A stretch of DNA of 58,713 nt, counting the filler, from Dimargaris cristalligena (taxonomy: Eukaryota), in NCBI GenBank assembly GCA_003614675.1. It is 4 parts of 4 records of this genome, joined end to end, with 100 filler letters (N's around TTAATTAATTAA, not from the genome) between each part and the next. Parts side by side here need not be neighbours in the genome. Positions count along the whole stretch, not along the records: positions 29,554 to 44,111 come from ML002946.1; positions 44,212 to 58,713 come from ML002947.1; 2 more parts are not named here. One strand, written 5' to 3'. The notes below the pieces were generated by a model that ran no database searches, was not told the origin of the DNA, and saw only the letters and a program-made list of their open reading frames with translations. The position numbers were made by a program, and so were the translations under genes. This document shows positions 37,079 to 48,707 of this stretch, piece after piece (position 1 is the first letter of the stretch; each line of letters opens with the position of its first letter).

Positions 37079-38476
37079 TTAAGCTGGGCGACGAACGTTG
37101 GCCCGCTGGTCCGGGAACAGAGATGAGAAAAAGTTCCAGACCAATGCGCCGATGCTGTACCACACGCCGGGCTGAGGGTTAGGGGGCGCTTCGTTGGCCG
37201 CTGGAGCCGCCCCCGCCTGGTCCGGCTGGCCGGGCGGATTGGGGGTATTATTATTATTGTTGTTATCGCTGTTATTCCCATTGTCGTTACCATTGGCATT
37301 AGGGGCGTTCCTGGGCCCATTAGCGTTGTTGACATTGTTGAAAAAGTTACGCGGATCCACATTGGCCGGTAAATTAACCACTTGGATACGTCCCGCCTGG
37401 ACCATCAGGACAATGAGCCCGACAAAGGTTAATATGATGGCCTTTTCGATGCCCATGTTACGGGACAGCATGTAGACGATGAGACCGTACCGGACAATCA
37501 TCCAAATGGTTTGGAGAACCAGAGAAAAGGTGAGTTGCCGAATGATACGGTGCCGCACGGCGGGGTCAACGTTGGCCGCCCCGGCAGCTGGTTGGAGTGG
37601 TGCCAGGCCCGGGGGAACGACCCCCGCCGCAGCAGCGGCCGCGAAGCGGGGATCAGGGTGTGGCGGGGCCTGGTAAGGTGGTAAGCCGGGGGGTGCCAGG
37701 TGGGAATAGTGGGGTGGCTGTGACCCCAGCGACGGCCACATGGGGTGCGGTTGGTGCTGGTAAAGACTATCGGCGGAAGAGGTGGCCGCACCATTTGGAA
37801 GCAGGTAAGGTAGAGGTGGTAGGTGAAGTAGGTACGGCATACCGTTTACAAGCACGTACTGGAACGGGGTGGACAAGGGAACCATATGCAGCGGGGACGG
37901 TAGCGAAGACGGGGCGCTGGTGGTGTCCTCATCTCTCGGGCTGGGACCTGTAGGGGATGTAGGGACACGGCGGTCATTCACACCGCTGCTACCGCTAGCA
38001 TTAGCATTACCCTGAGCGGGGGACGGGTGGTCATGGGAGGGAACCATGTGGTCCGTCTCGGTCGACCTGGACCCTTGTCCCGGGCCTATACCCATATCGC
38101 TGGCGGACAATTCGCCTGCCTTTGGGTTCGCCGACGACGCCGAAGGGGGTGTCGAGCTGGACGTCGCAGACGAGAAACTGTGGGTCATCAAATGGAAGAC
38201 ATATTTAGTCGGAGAATCCGCGTTATCCGCATCGTCGCTGGAAGCCGAGCCATGGTGGTGGGACGATACCACATCGCGGAGGAGGGCCGAATTTTCAAGT
38301 AACTTCCCTCGGTAGATGAGTCGAATGTGCTGAATACCGGGCTGACCAGGCAGTAGCAACTGGATGTTGCGCTTGAGGGAAAGGACGGAGGTGTCCAAGG
38401 TGGTGGAGACCATAAGTTCGCCGATGCTGTCCAAGACCGGCGATTTGATGCAGATGGAAACATGTTGGTCGGCCAT
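37079..38476 (-). CDS. Ubiquitin-like domain membrane protein (HERP/Usa1-like architecture)
   Basis: N-terminal UBL (SVLSLKRNI...QHIRLIYRGKLL), Pro/Ser-rich linker, two TM helices and C-terminal WNFFSSLFP. Start taken at MADQHV. Confidence 0.8.
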   Translation of the reverse strand: MADQHVSICIKSPVLDSIGELMVSTTLDTSVLSLKRNIQLLLPGQPGIQHIRLIYRGKLLENSALLRDVVSSHHHGSASSDDADNADSPTKYVFHLMTHSFSSATSSSTPPSASSANPKAGELSASDMGIGPGQGSRSTETDHMVPSHDHPSPAQGNANASGSSGVNDRRVPTSPTGPSPRDEDTTSAPSSLPSPLHMVPLSTPFQYVLVNGMPYLLHLPPLPYLLPNGAATSSADSLYQHQPHPMWPSLGSQPPHYSHLAPPGLPPYQAPPHPDPRFAAAAAAGVVPPGLAPLQPAAGAANVDPAVRHRIIRQLTFSLVLQTIWMIVRYGLIVYMLSRNMGIEKAIILTFVGLIVLMVQAGRIQVVNLPANVDPRNFFNNVNNANGPRNAPNANGNDNGNNSDNNNNNNTPNPPGQPDQAGAAPAANEAPPNPQPGVWYSIGALVWNFFSSLFPDQRANVRRPA

Positions 38477-39446
38477 CGTATGTCGAGATGGGTAGGCTGG
38501 AGTGGCCGGAAGAAACGGTAGTTTGATAGATGAGCTTGCGACTACTAAAAGTGGGACTATAAAGAGGACAATATCTGGCTCACAAATGGGGATGCTGCTC
38601 GTGTTTATATGTTCCAAAAGAACAAATAGAATGAATGAACAAGAATAGGCGAAGAAAGTGCAAATGTTTCCAATGGGTTCCGTCAAGGTGTGAACGAGTT
38701 TGGGAGTATATGCATTAAACCTCAGCTTCATAGTAGCATTCACACCATATTAGCACCATTCAATGGGTGAAGGGTAGGGGCTACATATATGACATCGCTT
38801 GGCCCTAGTCCGGACCCTCTCTATTCTTCACCCATACTTCAATGGAAAGTACTCCATCTAATTATCCTACAACCATATCGCATTTCCTCTAGCAACTGGC
38901 CAATGATGAGTGCCCACATCAGTATTATCCGAATATAATGAAACACTATATTCACCGATATATTTATGGTCGTCGTAGGAAATTAATCATCCCAACGCAC
39001 TTTTAGGGCATTTTCATTCTGTATGGGAATCGATAAATTGATATATTCGGTTCCACGGTTAAGTGGAGTTGGGGCTGTCACGAAAAACACTCATGGGTTA
39101 AAGGGGAATATCGACCATGTAAATAGTCTACGGAACTCGTTAAGTAACGTTTAATTAGAAACCTGCTGGATGTTAGAGCAGTAGAGGCACCCCCTAAACA
39201 TCATACCCAAAGAAGTCATAATCGTGAGATAACCGAGTATCGGTCGTGATTTATTATCAGTAAGTAAACTAAGCCGTTCATACCATCTCCGAATTATAAT
39301 TAAACGGCCATGGCAGTATAAAAGCGTAATAAATAGTATCAAAAAAAGTTCATAATGACCAAGTTCAAGTTGGTATACTAGGGTATCGGCCGGAGTCCTT
39401 CGGATTGGCCCAGACAGGGTAACAGCATATAAATGTGAGGTAACAT

Positions 39447-42020
39447 TTAGGAAATACGCCAGCGGAGGGGAATTGAAGTCCAGGACACCGGCGGCAGGTC
39501 AATATCGTAAGTGTAAACATGGATTCTCAAAACGTAGTCATCTTCAGGCGCCAGAATAATTTCAGTCGGACTAATGAAGACGCCCCCGCCCCAGCCATAC
39601 GTGTAGTTAAGGGAGCCGGCGTAGAAGTAATTGCGTGAGTTCAGGAAAAGGTTTTCATCGATAGTACCGTAATCCACAGCCGGCGTAGTGGCCTTGGCCA
39701 AAGTGACGCGAATCCGGCGTGCGGGATGCTGGAGACGGAACACCACCCCGGGTCTAATGGCCGGGGTGAATGTATGCAACGAGTTCAGGCACAATTTCTG
39801 GACACTCTGGAACAGACAGGGGAGACCGGAGGCGAGGGGAGGTAGAACGGGGACCTGGGTGGACTTGTATGAAAAGCCCATAATAGGAATGGTGTAGTTG
39901 AACCCCATGGCCGCCCCGGCAGCCGGAAACAAGGTCAGATACGCACTGTAGAGGAACAAATCATCGCGGACGTGCGACGAATGGTCCAAATTAATGTCGA
40001 AATCCCCCACCTGACCGACGTTCACTTTGAGCGACTGGTTGGAGAGCCAGGTGGACGGAATTTTGGCATTGCTACGGGGCGGCACCACTAGGTATTTGTT
40101 GGCATCGAATCCGGAGGAGCTAATGGTGTTGGTGGACGTAATATTAACGTCCAGCGGAGATGTCCCAATGTGGGTGACGCCAAAGAACACATCAAAGTTA
40201 CGCCAGTCAGTATCGGGAAAGGTCCCGTTGACAGCTGTGACGTTGAAAATGACCTGGGCACTGGTGGCACCGAAGCCATGCACAATTCCACCGCCCTGTT
40301 GGGCCACCGAGTAGGGCCGAAGTACGGTGGGGTGCATTTGGGGTCGGGCGGTGTTAATTAAGGACGACTTGGTACCATTGTTGGCGTTGGACTTGCCGTT
40401 CTCCATGGCCAGGGCGGCTATACCGGCGATATACGGTGTCGACATGGAAGTGCCCGTCATATGCCCATAATAGCCGGCATGCCCGGGGAATGGGGCGTAA
40501 ATACTGGCACCTGGCCCCAGCAAATCGGGCTTCAGCTCGGAGTCGGGACCAGGTCCCCATGATGAAAACGAGGAAGGGGCCCGCGGAGTAAGGGCATCGA
40601 ATATCATATTGTCCGACTTGGAGGAGATGCGCACCGTCGTGGTAGCTATCTTACTCTTTAGGTACTGGGCGTCGGTATGCAGAATAGAAACCACCGGAAA
40701 AAGGAAAGTCACGCTGGAATGGTCGGGGCGATACAGCGTGTCATCGTTGTTCTGGTAAACGACCATTTGGACCGCACCGGAAGCCTGGGCAAACTGGGAT
40801 TTAACATCAAGGGAGCAGAGGCCACTTTGAATGAGAAGCGCCTTACCCGTATAGTCGGGTAATGGGGCACACCCAAAGTCGTCCGTGTTACTGCCCGCCA
40901 CGAATCCGCGGACAATCTGGACGTTGGTGAGCAATGGCGTCGCAACATGAATGGGATTCATCGTGCGTCGAATGGCCACGCTCTCGTTTGACGTTACGTT
41001 CATGTACTGGCTGTAGTAGAAAGGGAAGTCCGCCGAGCCCACCGAAAGACAATGGGGGCTGATTGACGGGCCGTCAATGGCCCACATTCCTTCAGCGCCT
41101 CGATTACCCGCCGCGGCCACCAACAGAATCCCTCGGCTTACAATGTTAGCGGCCGCACTGCTAATCGCCGACTCGCTCCATTTCCCGGGAAAGCCCAGAG
41201 ACATGCTGATGCTATCCATTTCATCCATGACGGCCTGTTCCATGGCCTTAATGACATAGTTTTCGTAGGTCAGCAGCCGGCAATTCAAGACTCGGTAGAT
41301 GCCGAGGGTGGCCCCGGGGACTACCCCCTTGTAATGGCCATCGTTTCCGGCGAGAATCCCCGCCACGTGTGTGCCGTGTTGGGTACATACCTCGATGGGG
41401 TTGTCGTCCGGGTAGCCGATATTCGAAGTGCCGGTATCACTGATAAAGTCCCAGCCGTATTGGATACGGCAACCAGGGGTTTTGTAGCAGTTTCCGAATG
41501 CAGGGTGGGTATAGTCAACCCCGGCGTCTAGGATCCCGATTTTGACATTGGCACCCGTTCTACCCAGTTGCGTGTGCACCTTGTTGACCCCCGTGTAATT
41601 ATGGGCCAGCATGGGCTTCGGAGGCTGCCGCGGCAGTACACTCGCGGCCGCGAATGTGGACTGGTCAATGGACGAGGCACTGAGCTGCCAAACGGAGGAA
41701 ACGCCGGATAAAGATGACACGACCTCGCTGTAAGCATCATAAACCGTGATACTCACCCCATTCATTAGAATAGTATAGTTCATGACGATATTGAAGGGGA
41801 CTCCGATAGCCGCCATTTGGTTGCGGAATGCCTGGGCTCCCGCCGCGCCTTCCGGGGTACCCGGAGAACCCGGGAACTTGACGATGTACTGGTGGGGAAC
41901 AGTGTCAGGGGTGATGTGGGAATTTGCCGACGCACCAGGACCAACCTGGCCCACTGAAAAGGGTAGGTTATTTAGAAGAGCCGAAGCGAGTACCCACCAC
42001 ATGGAAGTGACGTGCACCAT
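39447..42020 (-). CDS. Secreted subtilisin-like S8A serine protease (I9 propeptide, PA insert, Fn3-like C-terminus), intronless
   Basis: Signal peptide, YIVKF propeptide, and triad motifs ILDAGVDY, HGTHVAG and GTSMSTP. Oxyanion AAGN; SSFSSWGP...KPDL. Confidence 0.95.
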   Translation of the reverse strand: MVHVTSMWWVLASALLNNLPFSVGQVGPGASANSHITPDTVPHQYIVKFPGSPGTPEGAAGAQAFRNQMAAIGVPFNIVMNYTILMNGVSITVYDAYSEVVSSLSGVSSVWQLSASSIDQSTFAAASVLPRQPPKPMLAHNYTGVNKVHTQLGRTGANVKIGILDAGVDYTHPAFGNCYKTPGCRIQYGWDFISDTGTSNIGYPDDNPIEVCTQHGTHVAGILAGNDGHYKGVVPGATLGIYRVLNCRLLTYENYVIKAMEQAVMDEMDSISMSLGFPGKWSESAISSAAANIVSRGILLVAAAGNRGAEGMWAIDGPSISPHCLSVGSADFPFYYSQYMNVTSNESVAIRRTMNPIHVATPLLTNVQIVRGFVAGSNTDDFGCAPLPDYTGKALLIQSGLCSLDVKSQFAQASGAVQMVVYQNNDDTLYRPDHSSVTFLFPVVSILHTDAQYLKSKIATTTVRISSKSDNMIFDALTPRAPSSFSSWGPGPDSELKPDLLGPGASIYAPFPGHAGYYGHMTGTSMSTPYIAGIAALAMENGKSNANNGTKSSLINTARPQMHPTVLRPYSVAQQGGGIVHGFGATSAQVIFNVTAVNGTFPDTDWRNFDVFFGVTHIGTSPLDVNITSTNTISSSGFDANKYLVVPPRSNAKIPSTWLSNQSLKVNVGQVGDFDINLDHSSHVRDDLFLYSAYLTLFPAAGAAMGFNYTIPIMGFSYKSTQVPVLPPLASGLPCLFQSVQKLCLNSLHTFTPAIRPGVVFRLQHPARRIRVTLAKATTPAVDYGTIDENLFLNSRNYFYAGSLNYTYGWGGGVFISPTEIILAPEDDYVLRIHVYTYDIDLPPVSWTSIPLRWRIS

Positions 42021-44111
42021 TGTTCGTTAACTTTAAGAGAAAGAGGACTGAGTAATTATTAAAGTAACTAGATTAGTAATTGGGTTGGTGTGTGAACGGT
42101 TATTGAACAGCCGCCAGTATTAAATCGAATAGTTCAAAGTAAGGGGCGCGTGGTCCTAGGTATATTGTTCGGAGGTTAGCTGGGCTCACGTTGGAAGTAT
42201 GCCCTTTAAACTGCTATGAATGGCTTGAGTGGCCCCTGTACTCTAGCGGGTTCTTTCTGCGATATCTTGAACAGGATAGAATCCAGTGAACAGCCTAGTC
42301 TTCCTGAAAAGCCAGTTGAAGTTGCATTTTTCAAATATCAGTACGCGATAGCGGCATTGATCATCCTGATACACATCATTCCACATGGTCTGAAGGGCCT
42401 GGGAATCCTACATTGAATTGGCCAAAGAGTGTATCATATAGGGATCATCCACTGCCCCTTAATTGCAATCCGCTTACAATTCTGGAATGCCCGGGCTACG
42501 ACAGGTAGGGCTTTACTCGGGCAAGATTGCCTTTTTATCATTCATTCGGACTGGGGGAAAATAGCATCCTGAAACAAGCTCCTAAAACAGCAATCACCTT
42601 ACTGTTGCTACACTTTAATTAGCGCAAGACCGTTCATGATTCATATCGCCATAAGCCATTTAAAGATCATTAAGAACTTGGCAGATTTCCTGAAAAGAGT
42701 TGTGTAGGATCGACCGAGGAAGCCTTGGAATTATCCACATGGAAAATACCAAAGAACAAGTGGGAACCAGATTCTGTACCTATGATCAGCCATGCCCTGA
42801 TTACGGTATCTGGGATTCAAAACTTGAAGCATCCTTCCAAAATAATTATTCAACGTTATTGTATGGGTACAGTAGAGTGTCGACCAGTAATGGCCCTGTA
42901 TTGGTTCCTGTGCGTGAGACACTCTAGCCGGTAACTAACAGTGAGTTATTTCCTGGAAAAGAAATGGATACACTGCCAAAAGGCATGGCATTGTTAAGTG
43001 TATTATTGAAGATTTAGTATAGTTATAATATTTATGTGCTAAGAAGAAAAGGAAACCCCCACGAACTATTTTGGAGTGAGGTAATGACTATATAGAGATT
43101 TACGTTGGGGTTCACAGTATAATAGATAAGACGCTGATGGCTCTAATTCGCCACTAATAGTGATTAATATAATTGGAGGGTTTGGCCGTAACAGCATTAA
43201 ATAAAAGATCATCAGAATTAGTAAACAAGTGACCAAAAAGGTGTGTTTACAACTTTGTAGAAAAGCTCAATGTATTGGGTCAGTTCACCATAAGTCCTCT
43301 AACACGGGTTACTTGATGGGACTGGGGGAGGGGGTGTTGGCCTTGAGAAACCATTATACCCATAGCACGATTGATTATCTACTCACTGATCACAAGGTCA
43401 ATTTCATTCCATTTCTCAGAGGTTAAAGGCATGTAACTAAATATTAAATGTTCCTTTTCATACTTGGCAATTAACATATCTGTTCCCAAGCTGCCTATGC
43501 AACACCTATGGATATTGTCAGGAATTTAAAATTAAATTTTACTTGTGATTGTGTAACTCCGCAGTCTCCTTATTCTATGGCCATTGCTTGCTATTAGGCC
43601 ACAGGAGGTCTTGCTTTTTAACTTGGGGTTGCCCCAGATACACTGTAGTATAGGATCACTAGTATCCTAATATTATAGCAGCAATGGCCAGAGTTATTTC
43701 ACACCTCAAATGCTCTGATTTCAACAGTATCACTGGCTTCTACAACACTTACTTTTAATTTATGACCATCACCCTTTTCTCATGATACAAGAGGCCAGTT
43801 GTTTTAATCTGAATGTGGCATTAGTGCATAGGCCAATCCTACGGGCATGTCAGACAATTCCCACAAACATTAGTGACATGGTCTATACCATTTAATTTCT
43901 AGAAATTCTGGATTGCCATGGCACTTTTTAAATGGGGTAGTTGTTGCTATGGGTGGAATTCAGTGCAAATGTATAAAGTTTTGGATAATACATGTATGAG
44001 AAAATATATGAGAGATCCATTATTAACCAGTAGTTTTTGCCTCATCCAACAGACTTTGTAAAGAACTGAAATCAAATCCTTGAAAACTGAACTTTATTTG
44101 AAAAGATAGAT

Positions 44112-44211
44112 NNNNNNNNNNNNNNNNNNNNNNNNNNNNNNNNNNNNNNNNNNNNTTAATTAATTAANNNNNNNNNNNNNNNNNNNNNNNNNNNNNNNNN
44201 NNNNNNNNNNN
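44112..44211. other. Artificial contig linker
   Basis: N-run with TTAATTAATTAA, 100 nt. Confidence 0.97.
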
Positions 44212-44705
44212 TCTTGCAAAACATTACCGGGTTCATGGTTGGTTCATCAGCCGAAGCGGGCGGTATCGCCAAAAACGGCGCCAAGCTCGTCACTGCCGTG
44301 TCCTGCAGTAAGGTGCCTAAGTTTACCGTCATCGTGGGCGGCAGTTTCGGTGCGGGTAACTACGGCATGTGCGGCCGCGCTTATAGTCCTCGTTTCCTCT
44401 GGATGTGGCCCAACGCCCGGATTTCAGTCATGGGCGGAGAGCAGGCCGCTAATGTGCTGGCCCAAGTCAAGCGGGACGGTATGGCCAAGAAGGGCCAGGA
44501 GTGGGATCCCAAGGACGAGGAAGCCTTCAAGAAACCGATTCAGGAGCGATATGAAGCCGAGGGACACCCGTACTTCTCCTCCGCCCGTCTATGGGATGAC
44601 GGTGTCATTGACCCGGCCAATACTCGGAAAGTGCTTGGTCTGGCCCTGTCGGCGTCTCTCAATGCCCCCATTGAGCCCACCAAATTCGGTGTATTCCGTA
44701 TGTAG
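44212..44705 (+). CDS. MCCC2: 3-methylcrotonyl-CoA carboxylase beta subunit, 3' fragment (5' truncated by contig edge)
   Basis: [43 protein letters not shown] and terminal FGVFRM. Confidence 0.95.
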
Positions 44706-45359
44706 ATATCCGCCACTTAATGGAACGGCGGCTTCGGGGATTTGACTTGTCACTAGACTGATTTTGGCCCCCCGTATTCACACTAGTCTGCTAATTAAGG
44801 TCCCGGATAGGTCAATCGGGGATTGTCCAGGAAACAGACCTAACCTTCCAGCTTCTATAAATCATATATATATTTTATATAAAGTAACTATAATTAACCG
44901 TACGTACGCCTATTCCTCGTATTGAACATAGTGCTTATTTATTTGTTAGTAAAGCCCAACCACCTACCCTAACAAGTTAACGCGGGACGGTGAAGTGAGA
45001 ATTAGGTTGATCTATTGGTATTAAAGTACAAGTAGAAAAATGGGGAGTAGATTGGTGCTAAGGGGGGGAGAGACTGGCGGACTGGTGGAAGTTGAGGAAG
45101 AGGGGTCCCCAGCCTACCTACTAGGAAAGCAACCGGATTGTCGATAGACCACGCTTCCGTCCCATGAATTAGATTAACTCCGACCTGGCCCTCACATCGG
45201 ACCAGGGGAGGGGATATAATAAACTGGTGATACTGCTACCGGTTTAAGCGGTAGGCCGGGAAGCAAACGAAAGGAATATAGCAAGAGAGAGGCTGTGGCA
45301 GAAGAAGGAGAGGGGGTCCCCTCCACCCTACCCGCCCCTATATTATATTGATCGCAACA

Positions 45360-47058
45360 CTAAGGCGAAAAGACGCGCTGGAATACCCGGCGTTTACTGG
45401 ATTTCTGGGGCGACCGGGATTCGGAGGTGGAAAGTTCCCCCCGAGCGGGCACACCGTGCAGGGTGACTTGCCGGGACAGACGGTCGATATGGTGGGTCTT
45501 GATACGAACCCTGTTGGCAGCGGCGAATAAATGCTCGGGGGCCAACTTGTCTTTAGGGATGTGGAGCAGGTACTGCAAGATTTCGGAATTGGTGGGACAC
45601 TCGGTCAGCAAATGGTCGGAGATGCAGTCCAAGATGGCCAGTCCGATGCGGAACAGGATTTTGGTGCCTTTCAGGTAGAACCAGTCCCAGACTCGCAATA
45701 CCGAGGCCCAGGGTAGGGTCATGGTAAAGAGGGTCATGAACCAGGACGTGACGTACATGAGCGGAGTGATGTCGTTGACGGCGAAATGGTTGGCCAGTTT
45801 CCGGTTGTGTTCCTGGAGCAGTTTCTCGAAGACGGCGGAATCGATGCGGACCTGCGTGAGGGTGGGCACATAGTACTGGGGTAGGTATTGTCGAATGGTG
45901 GCGGCCAAAAGCCAGAAACTGTCCTCGGCGGACATGTGTTGCATTAGGAAGACCCCAACCAGACGGCCCATACCCTGGCAGTAGCCCACCTCGGGGTTAT
46001 AGTGGGCGTAAGCCTTGAGGATATCAAAGAGCTGCCGCTGGCCCTCACTTTGGTTGTCGCAAAAGAGCTGGTGGTCCGGGTAACAGCGGGGAATGTCCCG
46101 CTCGATGACATCGAAAATTGGTATCCGTTCGCGGTTTAGAAGATCCTGGTAGTGGTTTCCGCCGTAAGTAGGACAGAGCGGGGCAAGGGGGGTAATACAT
46201 TAAGATATAGTTAACGAGGACGGGTTAGATGGATTTGGTGGGGAAGGGCAAATATGGGGCTATATTATGTAAGGAGCTCGTCTAGCTGACGGTGGTTTGG
46301 TTTTAGAAGGTTACCTCATAGAATCCGGATTGTCGGATCTTGGCCTCCTCAGCGAAGAATTGCCAAACTCGGGGCCTCAGGGTGGTGGGAATACCGTAAA
46401 TCACCATTTTACGTGCCTGGTTATTCGGGGTTGGAAAATGCACAGGTGTACATCAATTAGAGTTGGAATTGTGATGAGTAATCAGTTCCCCGCCCAAATC
46501 AATCAATCAATCAATAAATGCATCAATGAATATATTAACCATTCATTCAGGAGAATATGGCCGACTTCTAGGCAGAATAGCGATTATAGCACAATACTAG
46601 TGCCAGGGCATTTTTACCTTCTTGGAGTCCTTGACGGTCTTGGGGGATGCGGTCTTGAGATAGTCATTCCACTTGGCTATTCGGAATTCCTCGCTGTGTA
46701 TCTTCCGGGAGAATCCAGGACTAACAAACACCGAGAAGGTATCGCTATCGTCATCCCTGAATATATGCATAATACACTAAGGAGGTGAGGGACGGGTAGT
46801 TTACTTTTTGCAAACAAGTAGTGGCCGACCGAGTAGGTAGGCTAATGCGACAGGGGACTATATCGAGTACCCTTGGAAAGGACGAAAAGGGACTTACCGG
46901 TCGTCGTGGGGCTGCTCAAGGGGTTTATACTCGGAGGTCAGGAAACCGAAGCTGTCGAAGCGGTTCTGGACGGTGGGGGCTGTGGATGCCGCAGGACCGG
47001 CAAGCAGAGGCTTGGGCTCGCAGGCCGGGTCAAGTGGCGGGCCGTCAACTTGGGCCAT
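45360..47058 (-). CDS. TBC-domain Rab GTPase-activating protein; exons 47058-46898, 46756-46618, 46416-46315, 46145-45360
   Basis: Spliced product has FDSFGF, GIPTTLRPRVW, the R-finger IERDIPRCYP and the Q-finger GYCQGM. Canonical GT-AG introns in frame. Confidence 0.92.
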
Positions 47059-48070
47059 AAAACAGCGGGTCTATGAGCGGGGACTTTAGTGAAGTAGGGC
47101 GGAGTTCGCAATTGACAGGTTTAAGTAAAGCACTCAATAAATAGATTGTGGTAACAGCCAGATGAGGGAGTAGGGCAAGGAAGGGAAGGAACTGGTAACG
47201 ATAACGGGCAGATTTGGAAGAGTAGGAAATGTGGGCACAAGAAAGGAAACGACCTAACAAGCGGCGCAAAAGGGCAATGTAGAGAGGGCAAGGGTAATAG
47301 GGAAAGAGGGTTATTGAACGGGAAGGGGCCTCAAAAAAACTCGGGAGCCACAGACTTGGACTTGGACAGGGTGGGACAACATACTTTGGCACGTTCCCCG
47401 GCGGTCAAGGGGCTGGTATATAAGGAGGATCGTCGGCAAGGGGCAATCCTTGTAGGATGGGAATAAAAAGAGGGAAGTGGGCATTTATTGTGGCTGCGCT
47501 CGCTCATCCGCCATCAAATAATATAATCTATTATCGAGGAAAACCTCCCTTTGATTTTTTGGCAGGATCATCTCCTATTATTATTAGTGTTACTATTATA
47601 TAACACACACCCCCTCCCCCCTTGCTAAAGGCCCACCCACCACGGCTACTCCTATAGAGTGTGTGGCATTCTTCCGCCAGGTCTGCTTCCAGTTAACATT
47701 GCTACAGTCCAGCAGTATCTTTGTTCGTCTAAAAATAGCGACCTGTTGACTGAGACTATCTCTCCTCCTGGATCGAACCAGCCAATCCCCCGACCTCATC
47801 GCATTAGCCGACGCCTCCTAAGTAAGGAAAGTCGGAATATTAACATTCCCAAAACCAGGATGCAAACATGATTCACGGACACTAAGGCAACTCCCACCCA
47901 AATGCAATGATTACAGTCAATATTACCATGTAGAAGTAGAGGCAGTGGCGTGGCGTTTCGTCGCAAGGTGCATTTTCGATAGAATCGAAGAATTCAATTT
48001 GTTTAGTGGACCACTTTTTTATCTGGAGCAAATCCAGAGGACTGGGAATGTCGAATGGGTAAGTATATAT

Positions 48071-48213
48071 ATATGATAGGCTCAATTAGACTGTATAACG
48101 ATAAATCCGTTGGGTGAGGCAAAAACTACTGGTTAAAAATGAACCTCCCATATATTTCCCTATATGTGTATCATTCAAAACCCTGCACAGCTGCACTGAA
48201 TTCCACCCATATA
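48071..48213 (+). repeat. MITE-like repeat copy between (TA)n tracts
   Basis: CTGTATAACGATAAATCCGTTGGGTGAGGC...ACTGGTTAAAA...CAGCTGCACTGAATTCCACCCATAT is homologous to 25892-26035. TA repeats on both sides. Confidence 0.7.
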
Positions 48214-48518
48214 TATATATATATATATATATAAATTAGGGAGCATTGCTTGCGTGGAAATAGAGGATAATGTCGAGGTAATAAACCACGGTAGAAAGAA
48301 CTAGGCGATTTTCTCGAATGTTCCCTAACTCTCGCGTACACTCTCAGGGCACTTACTGCGCCATGCATATAACCAGCGGGGGTGCAAACCACTTTACTTT
48401 ATTGCGGAGGAGGGCGGTGAGTAAGCCATCTCTTACATACGTATAGGCCCCATGATATAACACGGTTTAAACAGGGGAAAGAAGGTAGGTAGGTACGCGG
48501 GTGGAGGAGGAGGGTTGT

Positions 48519-48707
48519 TTACACGGCAAGCAGATTGCCAAACTTTTTGAGTACTACCACGGTGACGGCGAACAACGACATATTGAAAAGAATAGTGGTG
48601 TTGCCAGGGCGCCGAATGGGATCGGTGAATTGGCTAGTGATCATTTGCAGCAACCGACTGCAGAAGCTGGATTGGGTAGTGAGGGCACGGGTTGGCTTAG
48701 GGGGCAT
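48519..48707 (-). CDS. Small tail-anchored TOM complex subunit (Tom6 / plant Tom5-like), 62 aa
   Basis: Good start context (CAACCATG). The C-terminal 38 aa, SQFTD...NTTILFNMSLFAVTVVVLKKFGNLLAV, follow the D-x6-N-x9-FA-x2-VV-x5-G-x-L-x2-V pattern I recall for plant Tom5/Tom6-type proteins. Confidence 0.7.
   Translation of the reverse strand: MPPKPTRALTTQSSFCSRLLQMITSQFTDPIRRPGNTTILFNMSLFAVTVVVLKKFGNLLAV

Noticed and set aside
38477-38743. N-terminal 89-aa extension of the 554-aa UBL ORF
   Set aside because: Begins at a non-ATG codon and is pyrimidine-rich like a UTR; the UBL domain starts right after ATG 38476.
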